Below are positions 30,681-40,404 of a stretch of 64,000 bases of DNA, piece by piece. The notes beneath the pieces are model-generated. The model was not told where the DNA came from and did not search any database. It saw only the letters and a program-made list of their open reading frames with translations. Numbering within the stretch: the stretch's first letter is position 1; every line of letters begins with the position of its first letter. The position numbers and the translations under genes are program-made. The stretch is from a virus (Duplodnaviria; Caudoviricetes): positions 116 through 64,115 of IMG/VR virus record IMGVR_UViG_3300028833_001955. The stretch is one strand, 5' to 3'.

Positions 30681-32525
30681 ATGAAAATATATGGAAGTAA
30701 ATTAAACGAAGAAATAACAGATTTGTCATCCGGAAATACAGAAGTATTATTAAAATTAGGAACATTACCAATGTATGTTCCATCACTTGATAAAGTTATG
30801 GATGTTGATTTGAAAACAATTGTAAATGCAGTAAATGGTGCTCTTGGAGATATAGCATCTGATTATCGTTTTATGTATCAATATATAAAACGAAGTAAAC
30901 CAATGTATGTGCTAGCAAATCCTATGGATAAAAACTGTTTTCATAAGACAATGGCTGTTGATGGTAACGGTAATTTGTGGATGAATGTTTATTTTATATA
31001 TAATAATCTTGATTGTGATAAAAATAAAATTCGTGGAATTTTATTTCACGAACTTATGCATAATTTTTTAAATCATTTAGAACGTTCTGAAAAAGTAATG
31101 TCAGTCGATGATAGGGAATCGTTATATAAAATCAGCCCGACAATGTTTGAAAATGAAATGTTGAAGCAAAATTTATGCCAAGATTATGAAGTTAATTGTA
31201 ATATGGTTGCAGACAATGTTGTTTCGAAAGATTTTTGGAAAGAATTGGGTGGTATGTTTGATGAGAAGTATTTTGGAAAAATGTGGGAAGAAATCTATTA
31301 TGAACATGGAGATGAAATTTTAAAAGACTATTTTAAATTTAATGGAAAAAAATTACCGGAAGAGTATTTTGAATTAGTCAAAGCAATTCTTGACGCTATG
31401 AAAGTTCTACGTGACCCAAAATCTTCAGATAGAGATAAAGATATAGCAGCAAGTAAGTTAAAAGATACACTTTCTAAATTGTATGGTAGTAAAACCAAAA
31501 AAGAAAAAATGACGATAAGAAAAAGACTTCAATTACTTCAAAAAACAAGAATTAAGGAAATTGGTGAAATTGGACAACTCCTTAAAAATGTTATTGATGA
31601 TTTGGAAGTTTCACCAAGAAGTATGACTCCGGAAGATTTGGAAAAATTCACAACCGATGTTGAAAACCTATATGACGAAATGATGGAAAATGTTTCTAGT
31701 ATAGCTGAAGAATTTCATAACTCTGAGCACGTTATGAGAAAAGACATTAAAGATTGTATGGAAAAACTTTTGAATGGTGTTGTGACAATAAATGAAAATA
31801 AAGAATTAAGCAAAGATGAAATTGATGATATTTCTGATGAAATAATCTATGCAATAGATAGACTTGTTGCAGATAATATAAAGAAAAAAGAGATTGAAAA
31901 AGAAAGAGTGGAAAAAGAAAAAGAAAAAGAAAAACGGAGAAAAGAAGAGTATGAAAAGGCAGTAGAGAAAGCGAAAGAAAGACATATATTGGCGTCATAT
32001 AGAGCAAGAATAGATGATTTAAAAACAATACATTTACATAAAAGAGCAAGTGGTAAAACATCTAATATATGTGAAGAACTTATAAATATTCTTGATATTT
32101 TGTTGAAAGAATCATCGATAGAAAAAATTGGTGAAAAAATAAAAGAAATTGGTTTTGATAAAATTAAAGAAACTATTGAATCTTTGAAGGAATCATTATT
32201 TGAAGATTTAATGAAACTTCTTAAAAAGAAAGTTCTATTTGACAGAGACGAGGATTTTTTAAAAGATATTTGTGACAGTTTCTATAATGATAGTATTGAC
32301 ATGTTTAAATCTTTCGAGGAAGGTTTATCAGAGACAGAAATTGGAAGTAAGATAAAAATTGCAATATCTTCAATAAGACGAATCGGCAAGGAGTTACATA
32401 GACAATCCAAAGTTAGACCAAGTAAGGAATATAAAGAAGCATATGATGAAGAATATAATAAATTGAGAAAAATTTATATGGAACTTGGTGAAAAGGGTCT
32501 TAAAAAAGAACTCGGAATTTCATAA
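30681..32525 (+). CDS. DUF2201-N-like HExxH metallopeptidase domain plus long helical region (alternative start 30654)
   Basis: TMAVDG, FHELMHNFLNH and NLCQDYEVN. Confidence 0.75.
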   Translation: MKIYGSKLNEEITDLSSGNTEVLLKLGTLPMYVPSLDKVMDVDLKTIVNAVNGALGDIASDYRFMYQYIKRSKPMYVLANPMDKNCFHKTMAVDGNGNLWMNVYFIYNNLDCDKNKIRGILFHELMHNFLNHLERSEKVMSVDDRESLYKISPTMFENEMLKQNLCQDYEVNCNMVADNVVSKDFWKELGGMFDEKYFGKMWEEIYYEHGDEILKDYFKFNGKKLPEEYFELVKAILDAMKVLRDPKSSDRDKDIAASKLKDTLSKLYGSKTKKEKMTIRKRLQLLQKTRIKEIGEIGQLLKNVIDDLEVSPRSMTPEDLEKFTTDVENLYDEMMENVSSIAEEFHNSEHVMRKDIKDCMEKLLNGVVTINENKELSKDEIDDISDEIIYAIDRLVADNIKKKEIEKERVEKEKEKEKRRKEEYEKAVEKAKERHILASYRARIDDLKTIHLHKRASGKTSNICEELINILDILLKESSIEKIGEKIKEIGFDKIKETIESLKESLFEDLMKLLKKKVLFDRDEDFLKDICDSFYNDSIDMFKSFEEGLSETEIGSKIKIAISSIRRIGKELHRQSKVRPSKEYKEAYDEEYNKLRKIYMELGEKGLKKELGIS

Positions 32526-32548
32526 AAATACATAAAAATATATAAATT

Positions 32549-34729
32549 ATGAATATTTTTGAAAAATTGGATGATTTATTAGAATCCATAAAACTAAATG
32601 AAAGTAAAATTAAAAAGAAAAAAGACATAATATATGACGATATTCCAATATCGAAAGAAATGGAAACATCTGAACAAGCAAAAGATTTTGTTAGAGAATA
32701 TTTTAAAAAAATAATAGAAGGTGATACCAAGGATAAAGATGGTGCTGGTTCCACTCCAACTGATATTCCGGCAACACCACCACCACCACCAGTTTCAACA
32801 CCTATTGATGATGGTGGTGATGAATCAAAAAATTGGGAGACAGAATCTCTTGTTTGGGATGACGATGATGAAACTTTGAAGAGTTTAAAAATGGAATTTG
32901 ATTATGATGACGATGATGATGACGTGGATTCCAAAATAAGTGATGAGGAAAGATATGACGATTTTATGGATAAACCATCTAAAAAGAAAGGTGGAGGAGG
33001 TGGTAGAGGTGAAGGTGGTAGAGGTGAAGATGGTGATGATAATGATGACACATATGAAGGTGATTCAACAACCGGTGATGATGGTGGTGAAAGAAGTGAT
33101 GATTATACCGACGATGAAACCGGAGGTGGTGGAGAATCGTCTTCTGATAAAACCGATGGTGATAGTAGTGATGATACCGGTGGTGATAAGTCATCTAGTA
33201 GAAAATCTACTGATGATACTGAAAGTTCAAGTGGTAAAGATGATGATAGTGGTGAAAGAAGTGATGATTATACCGACGATGAAACTGAAGGTAGTGGGGA
33301 ATCGTCTTCTGATAAAACTGGTGGTTCTAGTGGTGATGATACCGATGGTGACGGGTCATCTAGTGGAGAATTTACTGACGGTAGAGATGATACCGAAACA
33401 AGAGGAACTGATGATACTGAAAGTTCAAGTGATAAAAGTTCTGATGATGGTATGAAAATTGACGGAACTGAAACTGATGGTACTGAAAGTTCAAGTGGTA
33501 AAGATGATGATGGTATGAAAATTGACGGAACCGATGGCACTAGTATGGAAAGCATGTCCGATGATGAATTAAAAAGTGCTATTAAAGATTGTATTGACGA
33601 ATTAAAAGAAAGACATGAATCCGAAAAAAGTAGTTTGAACGAACTTACGGATATGTTAAATGATGATAGTACCACAACTGAAAATATAGACGATAAGAAA
33701 AAAGAAATTGATGAGAAAGATGAATTATCTAAAAGTAGAATGGATAAGTTAAATTCTTTAGTTGGAAGACTTGAAGATTCTATATCCAAAGAAGATATGG
33801 AAAAAGAAATAGAAGCATCAAAACTTTCTGATGAGGAAATAGATGAATTAAAAAAGGCCACTATTGATACGGCTTCAACAGACACTCTTCCAAAAGGTGA
33901 GGAATTGGATACTATAAAGAAAGATGCTATGAATGAACTTGATAAAAAGTGCAATGGTGATTCAAAATTGTCAGATAGTATCTTATATCATTCGTTAAAA
34001 GCAACAAAAATAGATGATGCCGACTGGAAAATAATAATGGAAAAAATCCTTAAAAATAAGTCTAAAAATTCAGAAAATGGTGATGCTAAAAGTAAAAAAA
34101 TAAGACTTGGTGATAAAAATCATATTTGGAGAGGCGATGTAAGATATGGATATAAAAAAGTTAGGGGAGGAAATTCTGAGGTTCAGTCTATATATTGTTT
34201 CATTGATTATTCTGGTTCTGTGAGTAGTCAACCAGGTCTTATTATGTCATTCATTGGTAAAGTTATTGAAATTTGTGAAAAGTTGAATTACACAGACCTC
34301 AAATTATATACTTTTGGTGATATTTTATCTACTCCAATGGTTATCAATAAAAAAATGCTGAATGAATATGGTGAAGAAAAAGTTCTTACAAAATCAATAG
34401 AATTTTTTAATCTTCGAGAAAATTATGTTGGTGGGTCGATAGAAAATTTTTCTGTTGTTGCATATGAGATAAACAAAATTAAAAAAGAAGATAAAAATGC
34501 AATAATATTCATATTCGGAGATGGTATGTGGACATTTTATGGTAATACCGAACCTCCTACGAGATTAAAAGAAATATGTCCTAGATGGATTAATGACATT
34601 GTTCCATTTATATTTTTTATAAAAACAGAAAAATGGTATAAAGAATTACTAGGAAAAGAAATATCTTTATTGAAAGATATTGTTGGTATTTCTGATATTA
34701 TAGTTACACAAGCAGCAAAAATGGAATAA
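32549..34729 (+). CDS. vWA-domain protein with a long acidic, low-complexity linker
   Basis: FIDYSGS MIDAS motif and IFIFGDG; D/G/S/T-rich segment upstream. Confidence 0.8.
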   Translation: MNIFEKLDDLLESIKLNESKIKKKKDIIYDDIPISKEMETSEQAKDFVREYFKKIIEGDTKDKDGAGSTPTDIPATPPPPPVSTPIDDGGDESKNWETESLVWDDDDETLKSLKMEFDYDDDDDDVDSKISDEERYDDFMDKPSKKKGGGGGRGEGGRGEDGDDNDDTYEGDSTTGDDGGERSDDYTDDETGGGGESSSDKTDGDSSDDTGGDKSSSRKSTDDTESSSGKDDDSGERSDDYTDDETEGSGESSSDKTGGSSGDDTDGDGSSSGEFTDGRDDTETRGTDDTESSSDKSSDDGMKIDGTETDGTESSSGKDDDGMKIDGTDGTSMESMSDDELKSAIKDCIDELKERHESEKSSLNELTDMLNDDSTTTENIDDKKKEIDEKDELSKSRMDKLNSLVGRLEDSISKEDMEKEIEASKLSDEEIDELKKATIDTASTDTLPKGEELDTIKKDAMNELDKKCNGDSKLSDSILYHSLKATKIDDADWKIIMEKILKNKSKNSENGDAKSKKIRLGDKNHIWRGDVRYGYKKVRGGNSEVQSIYCFIDYSGSVSSQPGLIMSFIGKVIEICEKLNYTDLKLYTFGDILSTPMVINKKMLNEYGEEKVLTKSIEFFNLRENYVGGSIENFSVVAYEINKIKKEDKNAIIFIFGDGMWTFYGNTEPPTRLKEICPRWINDIVPFIFFIKTEKWYKELLGKEISLLKDIVGISDIIVTQAAKME
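33060..33545 (+). repeat. Imperfect coding repeats (GERSDDYTDDET x2, TDDTESSS x2, DDGMKIDGT x2)
   Basis: Near-identical DNA copies such as ggtgaaagaagtgatgattataccgacgatgaaac. Confidence 0.85.
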
Positions 34730-34730
34730 A

Positions 34731-34760
34731 AAAAGAGAGAGTCAATTGACTCTCTCTTTT
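34731..34760. terminator. Bidirectional terminator (perfect 30-bp palindrome)
   Basis: AAAAGAGAGAGTCAATTGACTCTCTCTTTT between convergent genes. Confidence 0.85.
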
Positions 34761-34769
34761 TATTTTACG

Positions 34770-35627
34770 TTATGTTGTCATGATATACCAAGCACCACTC
34801 ATATCCTTCAATTCCTGTATGATTGCTTCCTTTTCAGCACTACCTTCGTTGGCGATTGCCTCTGCATTGATTGATACATTACCAGGAAGATTGTATGTAA
34901 ATGAGTTGAGTATTCTACCCAATTGGTTCTTGCAGTCTGCAATTACGTATCTTCTAAACATTTCGTCATTATACAAATCACAATCTGGAACTCTCACAAG
35001 AACATCAAGTACAACATCGTCTTTTGGAAGTTCACCAAGGAATCTCAGATTGTTGGTCAGACGGTTGTATCTGAATGAAATCATATTCTGGAATATCTGT
35101 CTAGACATATCCAAGAATGCTTCTGTACAGATGTAGTACATCGTGTTGTCTGCTGATATTGCCATTGTTCTGTCATAGACCGACTGATACACCATTCTGT
35201 GCAACGAAATATCACCGGATGTCTTACCGAGAAGACCCGAGTTCCAACCGGCTTCACCACTCCATCCACCGATTTCATATACACCAACGACTGAAATCAC
35301 ACCCTCGGGTAGTTTATAAGTGCCACGACGGTCTTTCAAAACCTCTTTGTCACCCTCACCTTTCATATTGGCGACACCGTGACCGAACTGTTTCTTCAAT
35401 ATCTCTGTGTGTGGAATTGCAATGAACATTTCTTCATGAGCATCCTCATACATTTTATAGAATAATTGTTTTGCATTTTTGGCAAGCTGTGCTATTGATT
35501 CTCCCGGTATGTTGAAAGGAAGAGAGCAGTTGACTGACATTTCAGATTGAACACTTTCAATAAAATCATTCAAACATTCAACGGCTTCTTCATCCGTACA
35601 ATCCACTAAACTACTTACTTTACTCAT
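34770..35627 (-). CDS. Neck/head-completion protein, gp13-like
   Basis: C-terminal YNLPGNVSINAEAI...EKEAIIQEL resembles T4 gp13; CATAAATA upstream. Confidence 0.65.
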   Translation of the reverse strand: MSKVSSLVDCTDEEAVECLNDFIESVQSEMSVNCSLPFNIPGESIAQLAKNAKQLFYKMYEDAHEEMFIAIPHTEILKKQFGHGVANMKGEGDKEVLKDRRGTYKLPEGVISVVGVYEIGGWSGEAGWNSGLLGKTSGDISLHRMVYQSVYDRTMAISADNTMYYICTEAFLDMSRQIFQNMISFRYNRLTNNLRFLGELPKDDVVLDVLVRVPDCDLYNDEMFRRYVIADCKNQLGRILNSFTYNLPGNVSINAEAIANEGSAEKEAIIQELKDMSGAWYIMTT

Positions 35628-35649
35628 AAAAAATAAAATTTATATATTT

Positions 35650-35674
35650 TATTTATGGATTTTTTGTTATATTT
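35650..35674. promoter_or_regulatory. Divergent pair: CATAAATA (minus, 35650-35657) and TTGTTATATTT (plus, 35664-35674)
   Basis: Same arrangement as at 4637-4661. Confidence 0.65.
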
Positions 35675-35708
35675 ATTTTGTAGTTAAAATAAATAGTATC
35701 TTTATAAA

Positions 35709-36353
35709 ATGAGTATAAAATTATACAACGGAATTAAGTTCAAGTCTAATAAACTCAGTACTGTCATACGACAATTACACTCCCTAAAAGAAGAGTCAAT
35801 AAAGAAAGTACAAGAATCTTTCGAAAATCCAGAATCACGAAATTTTCTAAGTATGTGTATTTTCTATATGATATGTGAAGAAAACGGGGAATCTTTTACT
35901 TATGAAAAAGATGGAAAAAAGATTCCATGTCATTGGATATTCGAAAGAAAATTAAGAGAAAAAATAAGAGAACCCTATTGTAACATTGGGTTTTTTTGTA
36001 AGTTCTCCGTGACTATTTTTGAAAGAAAGAATAAATTATACGGTACATTTTTTGACCAAACAAATAAAAACTATAAACAATTGTTTGATAAAGATATTGC
36101 TGTTGATTATCACTATCAAAATCAGACGGATAAACCAGATGAAATATCTTGGAGAGATTGGCGGTTTAGAGAAAAGGTTTGGGAAGATATTTTTGACGAT
36201 ATTTCTGTTTTATGGATTTCATCCGAAGCAGGTGTAGTATATAATATTGTTACAGAAGATGATATCAATATCTCAAAAGAAATATTTGAAAAAGTAATAG
36301 AAAAATGTAAAGAATTAAAAGAAAAGAAAAAGGAGAAATCTGATGAACAATGA
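35709..36353 (+). CDS. Hypothetical protein
   Basis: 214-aa ORF; includes DYHYQNQTD and WRFREKVW segments. Confidence 0.65.
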   Translation: MSIKLYNGIKFKSNKLSTVIRQLHSLKEESIKKVQESFENPESRNFLSMCIFYMICEENGESFTYEKDGKKIPCHWIFERKLREKIREPYCNIGFFCKFSVTIFERKNKLYGTFFDQTNKNYKQLFDKDIAVDYHYQNQTDKPDEISWRDWRFREKVWEDIFDDISVLWISSEAGVVYNIVTEDDINISKEIFEKVIEKCKELKEKKKEKSDEQ

Positions 36354-36843
36354 CATATACGAAAATTTAACTATTTGTGAGATTCTTGAAATGGCCAAAA
36401 AGATGCTTCTGTATAATTCAGCATATTTTGACACTGATGTTGACCAGACCCATTATCAGTACTTTATTTGGCAGACAAGGAAAAAAATATCAGATATAAT
36501 GCTGAATGTGGACACACCTATTTTTCAAGTCACATACGACGCTTTGATTCATCGGACATCTTATCTGAATTATGTTTACAAAACCGTAGACTCCTATGGT
36601 CTCACTCCACACGAACTGAATATGAAACGGGAGGAAAAAATGGAAGAGGAGGAAAAGAGATTCAAAGATGTTCCCGTTTCTGGTTATGACGATTTCGGAA
36701 TTGTAAAATTCAATATAAATATGACAATAGAAAAAACAAGTATCGAGTGTTTACGTAATTATGTTGCTTCCGGTGGAAATATTTCCGCTTTTCTTTGGTA
36801 TGATTTCACAAATAATAATAAAATTCCTATAATAACTTGGTAA
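36343..36843 (+). CDS. Hypothetical protein
   Basis: 166-aa ORF overlapping the upstream stop. Confidence 0.6.
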   Translation: MNNDIYENLTICEILEMAKKMLLYNSAYFDTDVDQTHYQYFIWQTRKKISDIMLNVDTPIFQVTYDALIHRTSYLNYVYKTVDSYGLTPHELNMKREEKMEEEEKRFKDVPVSGYDDFGIVKFNINMTIEKTSIECLRNYVASGGNISAFLWYDFTNNNKIPIITW

Positions 36844-36844
36844 A

Positions 36845-37468
36845 ATGAAGATAGCGATTGATATTGATGGTGTTCTACGTAATAGTGTAGAGACTATGTT
36901 ACGTATTTATAATCAAAATTTTAACGATAATATGACAGAAGATGAGTGGAAGTTTTATTCGGTAAAAGAAACCTTTCCACAAATAGAAGAAAAATTGGGT
37001 ATAACCGCCCATGATTTTTTCTTCTCAAGACATAATGGTGAACAAGTAAATAGGTACTCGGATACATATCCAGGTGTGATTGAGGCAATGCAGAAAGTCC
37101 ACGACGAAGGACATTCGTTGCACATCATAACATATCAGCCGTCATACAAAAATAAGTTGCATACACTTATGTGGCTTGAAGATACTAGGATTCCTTATGA
37201 CACAGTTACATTCTGCACCAAGAGGGCGAAGAATTTACCTGATGTTGATGTTATTATAGATGACAATCCAATATATTTTCAAAATGTAAATGCTGACCGC
37301 TGTATTCTCATTAACAGACCATATAACAAGGATATGGAACAATATTCTTGTGTTGACACCGGTGAATATGTATATACCAAGCACGGAAAGACAAAGATAG
37401 AAAGATTCGATTCGATTGTAGATTTTTTCGAAACTTTGGAACCTTGTGAAGAAAAAAAATTGTTCTAA
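36845..37468 (+). CDS. HAD-family 5'(3')-deoxyribonucleotidase (NT5C-like)
   Basis: IAIDIDGVL, IIT, K and IIDDNP motifs. Confidence 0.85.
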   Translation: MKIAIDIDGVLRNSVETMLRIYNQNFNDNMTEDEWKFYSVKETFPQIEEKLGITAHDFFFSRHNGEQVNRYSDTYPGVIEAMQKVHDEGHSLHIITYQPSYKNKLHTLMWLEDTRIPYDTVTFCTKRAKNLPDVDVIIDDNPIYFQNVNADRCILINRPYNKDMEQYSCVDTGEYVYTKHGKTKIERFDSIVDFFETLEPCEEKKLF

Positions 37469-37470
37469 AA

Positions 37471-37500
37471 AAAAAGGATGGAAGAATTTCCATCCTTTTT
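37471..37500. terminator. Bidirectional terminator
   Basis: AAAAAGGATGGAA-gaat-TTCCATCCTTTTT. Confidence 0.85.
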
Positions 37501-37501
37501 C

Positions 37502-38101
37502 TTATTTATCTTCATCTTCATTTTTGGCGTTATGCCACCATTTTGGATAGTCTTTATGGTTTCCCTCATAACTTGAATCACAGAACATAAGTCGAACATC
37601 TGTATCCGTCTGTACATCCCATCCAGATATGTCACCATTTGTACCGGAAAATTCAGACCCCATAAACATTTGATACATATTTTTTACATGTTGAACATTC
37701 CATTTGGATAAATTACCATTAAATCTTGAATTTAAAAACATTCTTTCCATGTTTTCGACATTAGATACGTTCCAACCAGATATATCACCATTGAAACTAG
37801 AATTTGGTGGTGTAGAAAAGTAACCAGGATAGTCATAATCAATTCCAAACAATTCTGTCATGTCATCAATATTTGAAACATCTATGTCGTTCAAGTCACA
37901 TTTATTTCCACGTCTTTTTATCAATTCATGTATGAGTTCTCTTAAAAGAAAAATACTCCCATTTGGAATATAATATCCAATATGTTCATTTCCGTTATTA
38001 TCTGTGAATCTCTTTCTTTCAATTCCCTTAATATCAATTTTGTCTTCCTCTCTTTCAGTCTCACCGAAATATTCTTCAGTTATGGTTTTAAGTATTCCCA
38101 T
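37502..38101 (-). CDS. MGILK-leader DUF285-type protein (about 3 divergent units)
   Basis: Start placed at MGILK by homology; FNGDISGWNVSNV repeats; distinct C-cap. Confidence 0.85.
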   Translation of the reverse strand: MGILKTITEEYFGETEREEDKIDIKGIERKRFTDNNGNEHIGYYIPNGSIFLLRELIHELIKRRGNKCDLNDIDVSNIDDMTELFGIDYDYPGYFSTPPNSSFNGDISGWNVSNVENMERMFLNSRFNGNLSKWNVQHVKNMYQMFMGSEFSGTNGDISGWDVQTDTDVRLMFCDSSYEGNHKDYPKWWHNAKNEDEDK

Positions 38102-38121
38102 ATTATCCAATTTTTATTTTC

Positions 38122-38898
38122 TTAGAAAAATCCAAAGGTGTTATTTTTTGAGTTTTTTGGTCTATATTCGTCTTTTATGGGACAAATTTTAAACATACCC
38201 ATCATACTTGTAACGTTTGATACATTCCAATTACCAATAGGTTGGTTGAATGATTCTGCATTAAGAAACATAAATCCCATATTTTCTACTTTCGAAACAT
38301 CCCAATCACCAATAGGTTGGTTGAATGATTTTGCTCCAGCAAACATAGAATACATATTTTCAACATTACTAACATCCCAATTACCAATAGGTTGGTTGAA
38401 TGATTTTGCACCATGAAACATAGATTCCATAATTGTAACTTTTGAAACGTCCCATTTTCCAATAGGTTGGTTAAATGATTCTGCATAATAAAACATACTA
38501 TTCATTCTTTTAACACCACTAACATCCCAATTACCAATAGGTTTATTGAATGATGTTGCACATTCAAACATATACTCCATATTTGTAACTTTTGAAACAT
38601 TCCAACCAGAAATATTACCATTAAATTTTTCTTTTTTATGAAATAAATAACACATATCTTTAATATCGGAAGTATCAATATCATTGAAGTTACCCTCATT
38701 ACCTCTAACCTCAATCATTCTTTCCAATAATTCTCTTAAGCTACCTGTATCTTTAGGTTTATATCCTTTTTTATGAAATATTTTATTATTGTCGGTGAAA
38801 GAAACTATTTTAACATCAAGACCTTTTATGTCTATATCGTCTTCTTTTCTTATTGTTTCACCGAAATATTCTTTAGTTATAGTTTTTAAAATACCCAT
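38122..38898 (-). CDS. MGILK-leader DUF285/BspA-type repeat protein (6 units)
   Basis: Repeats plus CPIKDEYRPK. Confidence 0.9.
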   Translation of the reverse strand: MGILKTITKEYFGETIRKEDDIDIKGLDVKIVSFTDNNKIFHKKGYKPKDTGSLRELLERMIEVRGNEGNFNDIDTSDIKDMCYLFHKKEKFNGNISGWNVSKVTNMEYMFECATSFNKPIGNWDVSGVKRMNSMFYYAESFNQPIGKWDVSKVTIMESMFHGAKSFNQPIGNWDVSNVENMYSMFAGAKSFNQPIGDWDVSKVENMGFMFLNAESFNQPIGNWNVSNVTSMMGMFKICPIKDEYRPKNSKNNTFGFF

Positions 38899-38902
38899 AT
38901 TA

Positions 38903-39646
38903 TTACATCTTAGGTTTATATTCGTCTTTTATCGGACAATCAAAAAATATTTCGAATGTATCTTTTTCAGTTAAATCCCATTTTGATAAATTTTGATTGA
39001 ATGATGTTGTACTAGAAAACATACGCTCCATAAATTCAACATTACTAACGTCCCAATTACCTATTGGTTGATTGAATGATTTTGCATTATTAAACATATT
39101 ATACATATTTGTAACTTTTGAAACATTCCAATTACCTATTGGTTGGTTGAATGATTTTGCATCACGAAACATAAACTTCATATCTGTAACTTTTGAAACA
39201 TCCCATTTTCCAATAGGTTGGTTGAATGATGTTGCACCAGAAAACATAAAACTCATATTCTCAACACTTGAAACGTCCCATTTTCCAATAGGTTGGTTGA
39301 ATGATGTTGCACCTTTAAACATAAAATTCATATCTTCAACTTTTGATACATTCCAACCAGAAATATTACCATTAAATCTTTCTTCTCTATAAAATAAAAG
39401 AGACATATCTTCAATATATGAAGTGTCTATATCATTGAAGTCACCCTCGTAACCTCTTTTCTCAATCATTCTTTTCAATAATTCTTTTAAATCTTCATCT
39501 TTCGGTTTATAACCTCTTCCATGATATTTTTTATTATTGTCTATAAAAGAAACTATTTCAACATCGAGACCAGTTAAATCTATTTCATCTTCTTCTCTTA
39601 CCGTCTCACCGAAATATTCATCGGTTATAGTTTTAAGTATTCCCAT
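38903..39646 (-). CDS. MGILK-leader DUF285/BspA-type repeat protein (6 units)
   Basis: Repeats plus CPIKDEYKPKM. Confidence 0.9.
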   Translation of the reverse strand: MGILKTITDEYFGETVREEDEIDLTGLDVEIVSFIDNNKKYHGRGYKPKDEDLKELLKRMIEKRGYEGDFNDIDTSYIEDMSLLFYREERFNGNISGWNVSKVEDMNFMFKGATSFNQPIGKWDVSSVENMSFMFSGATSFNQPIGKWDVSKVTDMKFMFRDAKSFNQPIGNWNVSKVTNMYNMFNNAKSFNQPIGNWDVSNVEFMERMFSSTTSFNQNLSKWDLTEKDTFEIFFDCPIKDEYKPKM

Positions 39647-39647
39647 A

Positions 39648-40400
39648 TTATTTCATCTTTGGTTTATATTCTTTTTTGATAGGACAATTAATAAATATAT
39701 CATTTATATATGTAACTTTTGAAACATCCCAATTACTAATAGGTTGATTGAATGATGTTGCATTAAAAAACATATAACCCATATTTATTACTTTAGAAAC
39801 ATTCCATTTTCCTATTGGTTGGTTGAATGATTTTGCATTAGAAAACATATAACTCATATCTTTAACACTTGAAACGTCCCAATCACCTATTGGTTGGTTG
39901 AATGATTTTGCACCAGAAAACATATAACTCATATCTTTAACACTTGAAACGTCCCAATCACCTATTGGCTGGTTAAACGATGTAGCACCAATAAACATAT
40001 GATTCATATTTTTAACTTTTAAAACATTCCAATTACCTATTGGCTGGTTAAACGATGTAGCACCATAAAACATACCATCCATATATATAACATTTGAAAC
40101 ATCCCAACCGGTTATATCACCATTGAATGCTTCATTATAGTTAAATAAATAACACATATCTGTAATATCTGAAGTATCTATATCGTTGAAATCACCCTCA
40201 TCACCCCTCACTTCAATCATTTTTTCCAATAATTTTTTTAAATTAATTTTATCTTTAGGTTTATAACCTTTTCCATGATATTTTTTATTGTTGTCGGTGA
40301 AAGAAACTATTTCAACATCAAGACTCGTTAAATCTATCATGTCTTCTTCTCTTACAGTCTCATCGAAATATTCTTCTGTTATAGTTTTAAGTATTCCCAT
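39648..40400 (-). CDS. MGILK-leader DUF285/BspA-type repeat protein (6 units)
   Basis: Repeats plus CPIKKEYKPKMK. Confidence 0.9.
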   Translation of the reverse strand: MGILKTITEEYFDETVREEDMIDLTSLDVEIVSFTDNNKKYHGKGYKPKDKINLKKLLEKMIEVRGDEGDFNDIDTSDITDMCYLFNYNEAFNGDITGWDVSNVIYMDGMFYGATSFNQPIGNWNVLKVKNMNHMFIGATSFNQPIGDWDVSSVKDMSYMFSGAKSFNQPIGDWDVSSVKDMSYMFSNAKSFNQPIGKWNVSKVINMGYMFFNATSFNQPISNWDVSKVTYINDIFINCPIKKEYKPKMK

Positions 40401-40404
40401 ACTA

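Noticed and set aside
32940-33954. Alternative-frame and antisense ORFs in the vWA linker (32940-33455, 33268-33954)
   Set aside because: These are by-products of low-complexity GAT/GGT/AGT codon repeats that lack stops in the other frames.
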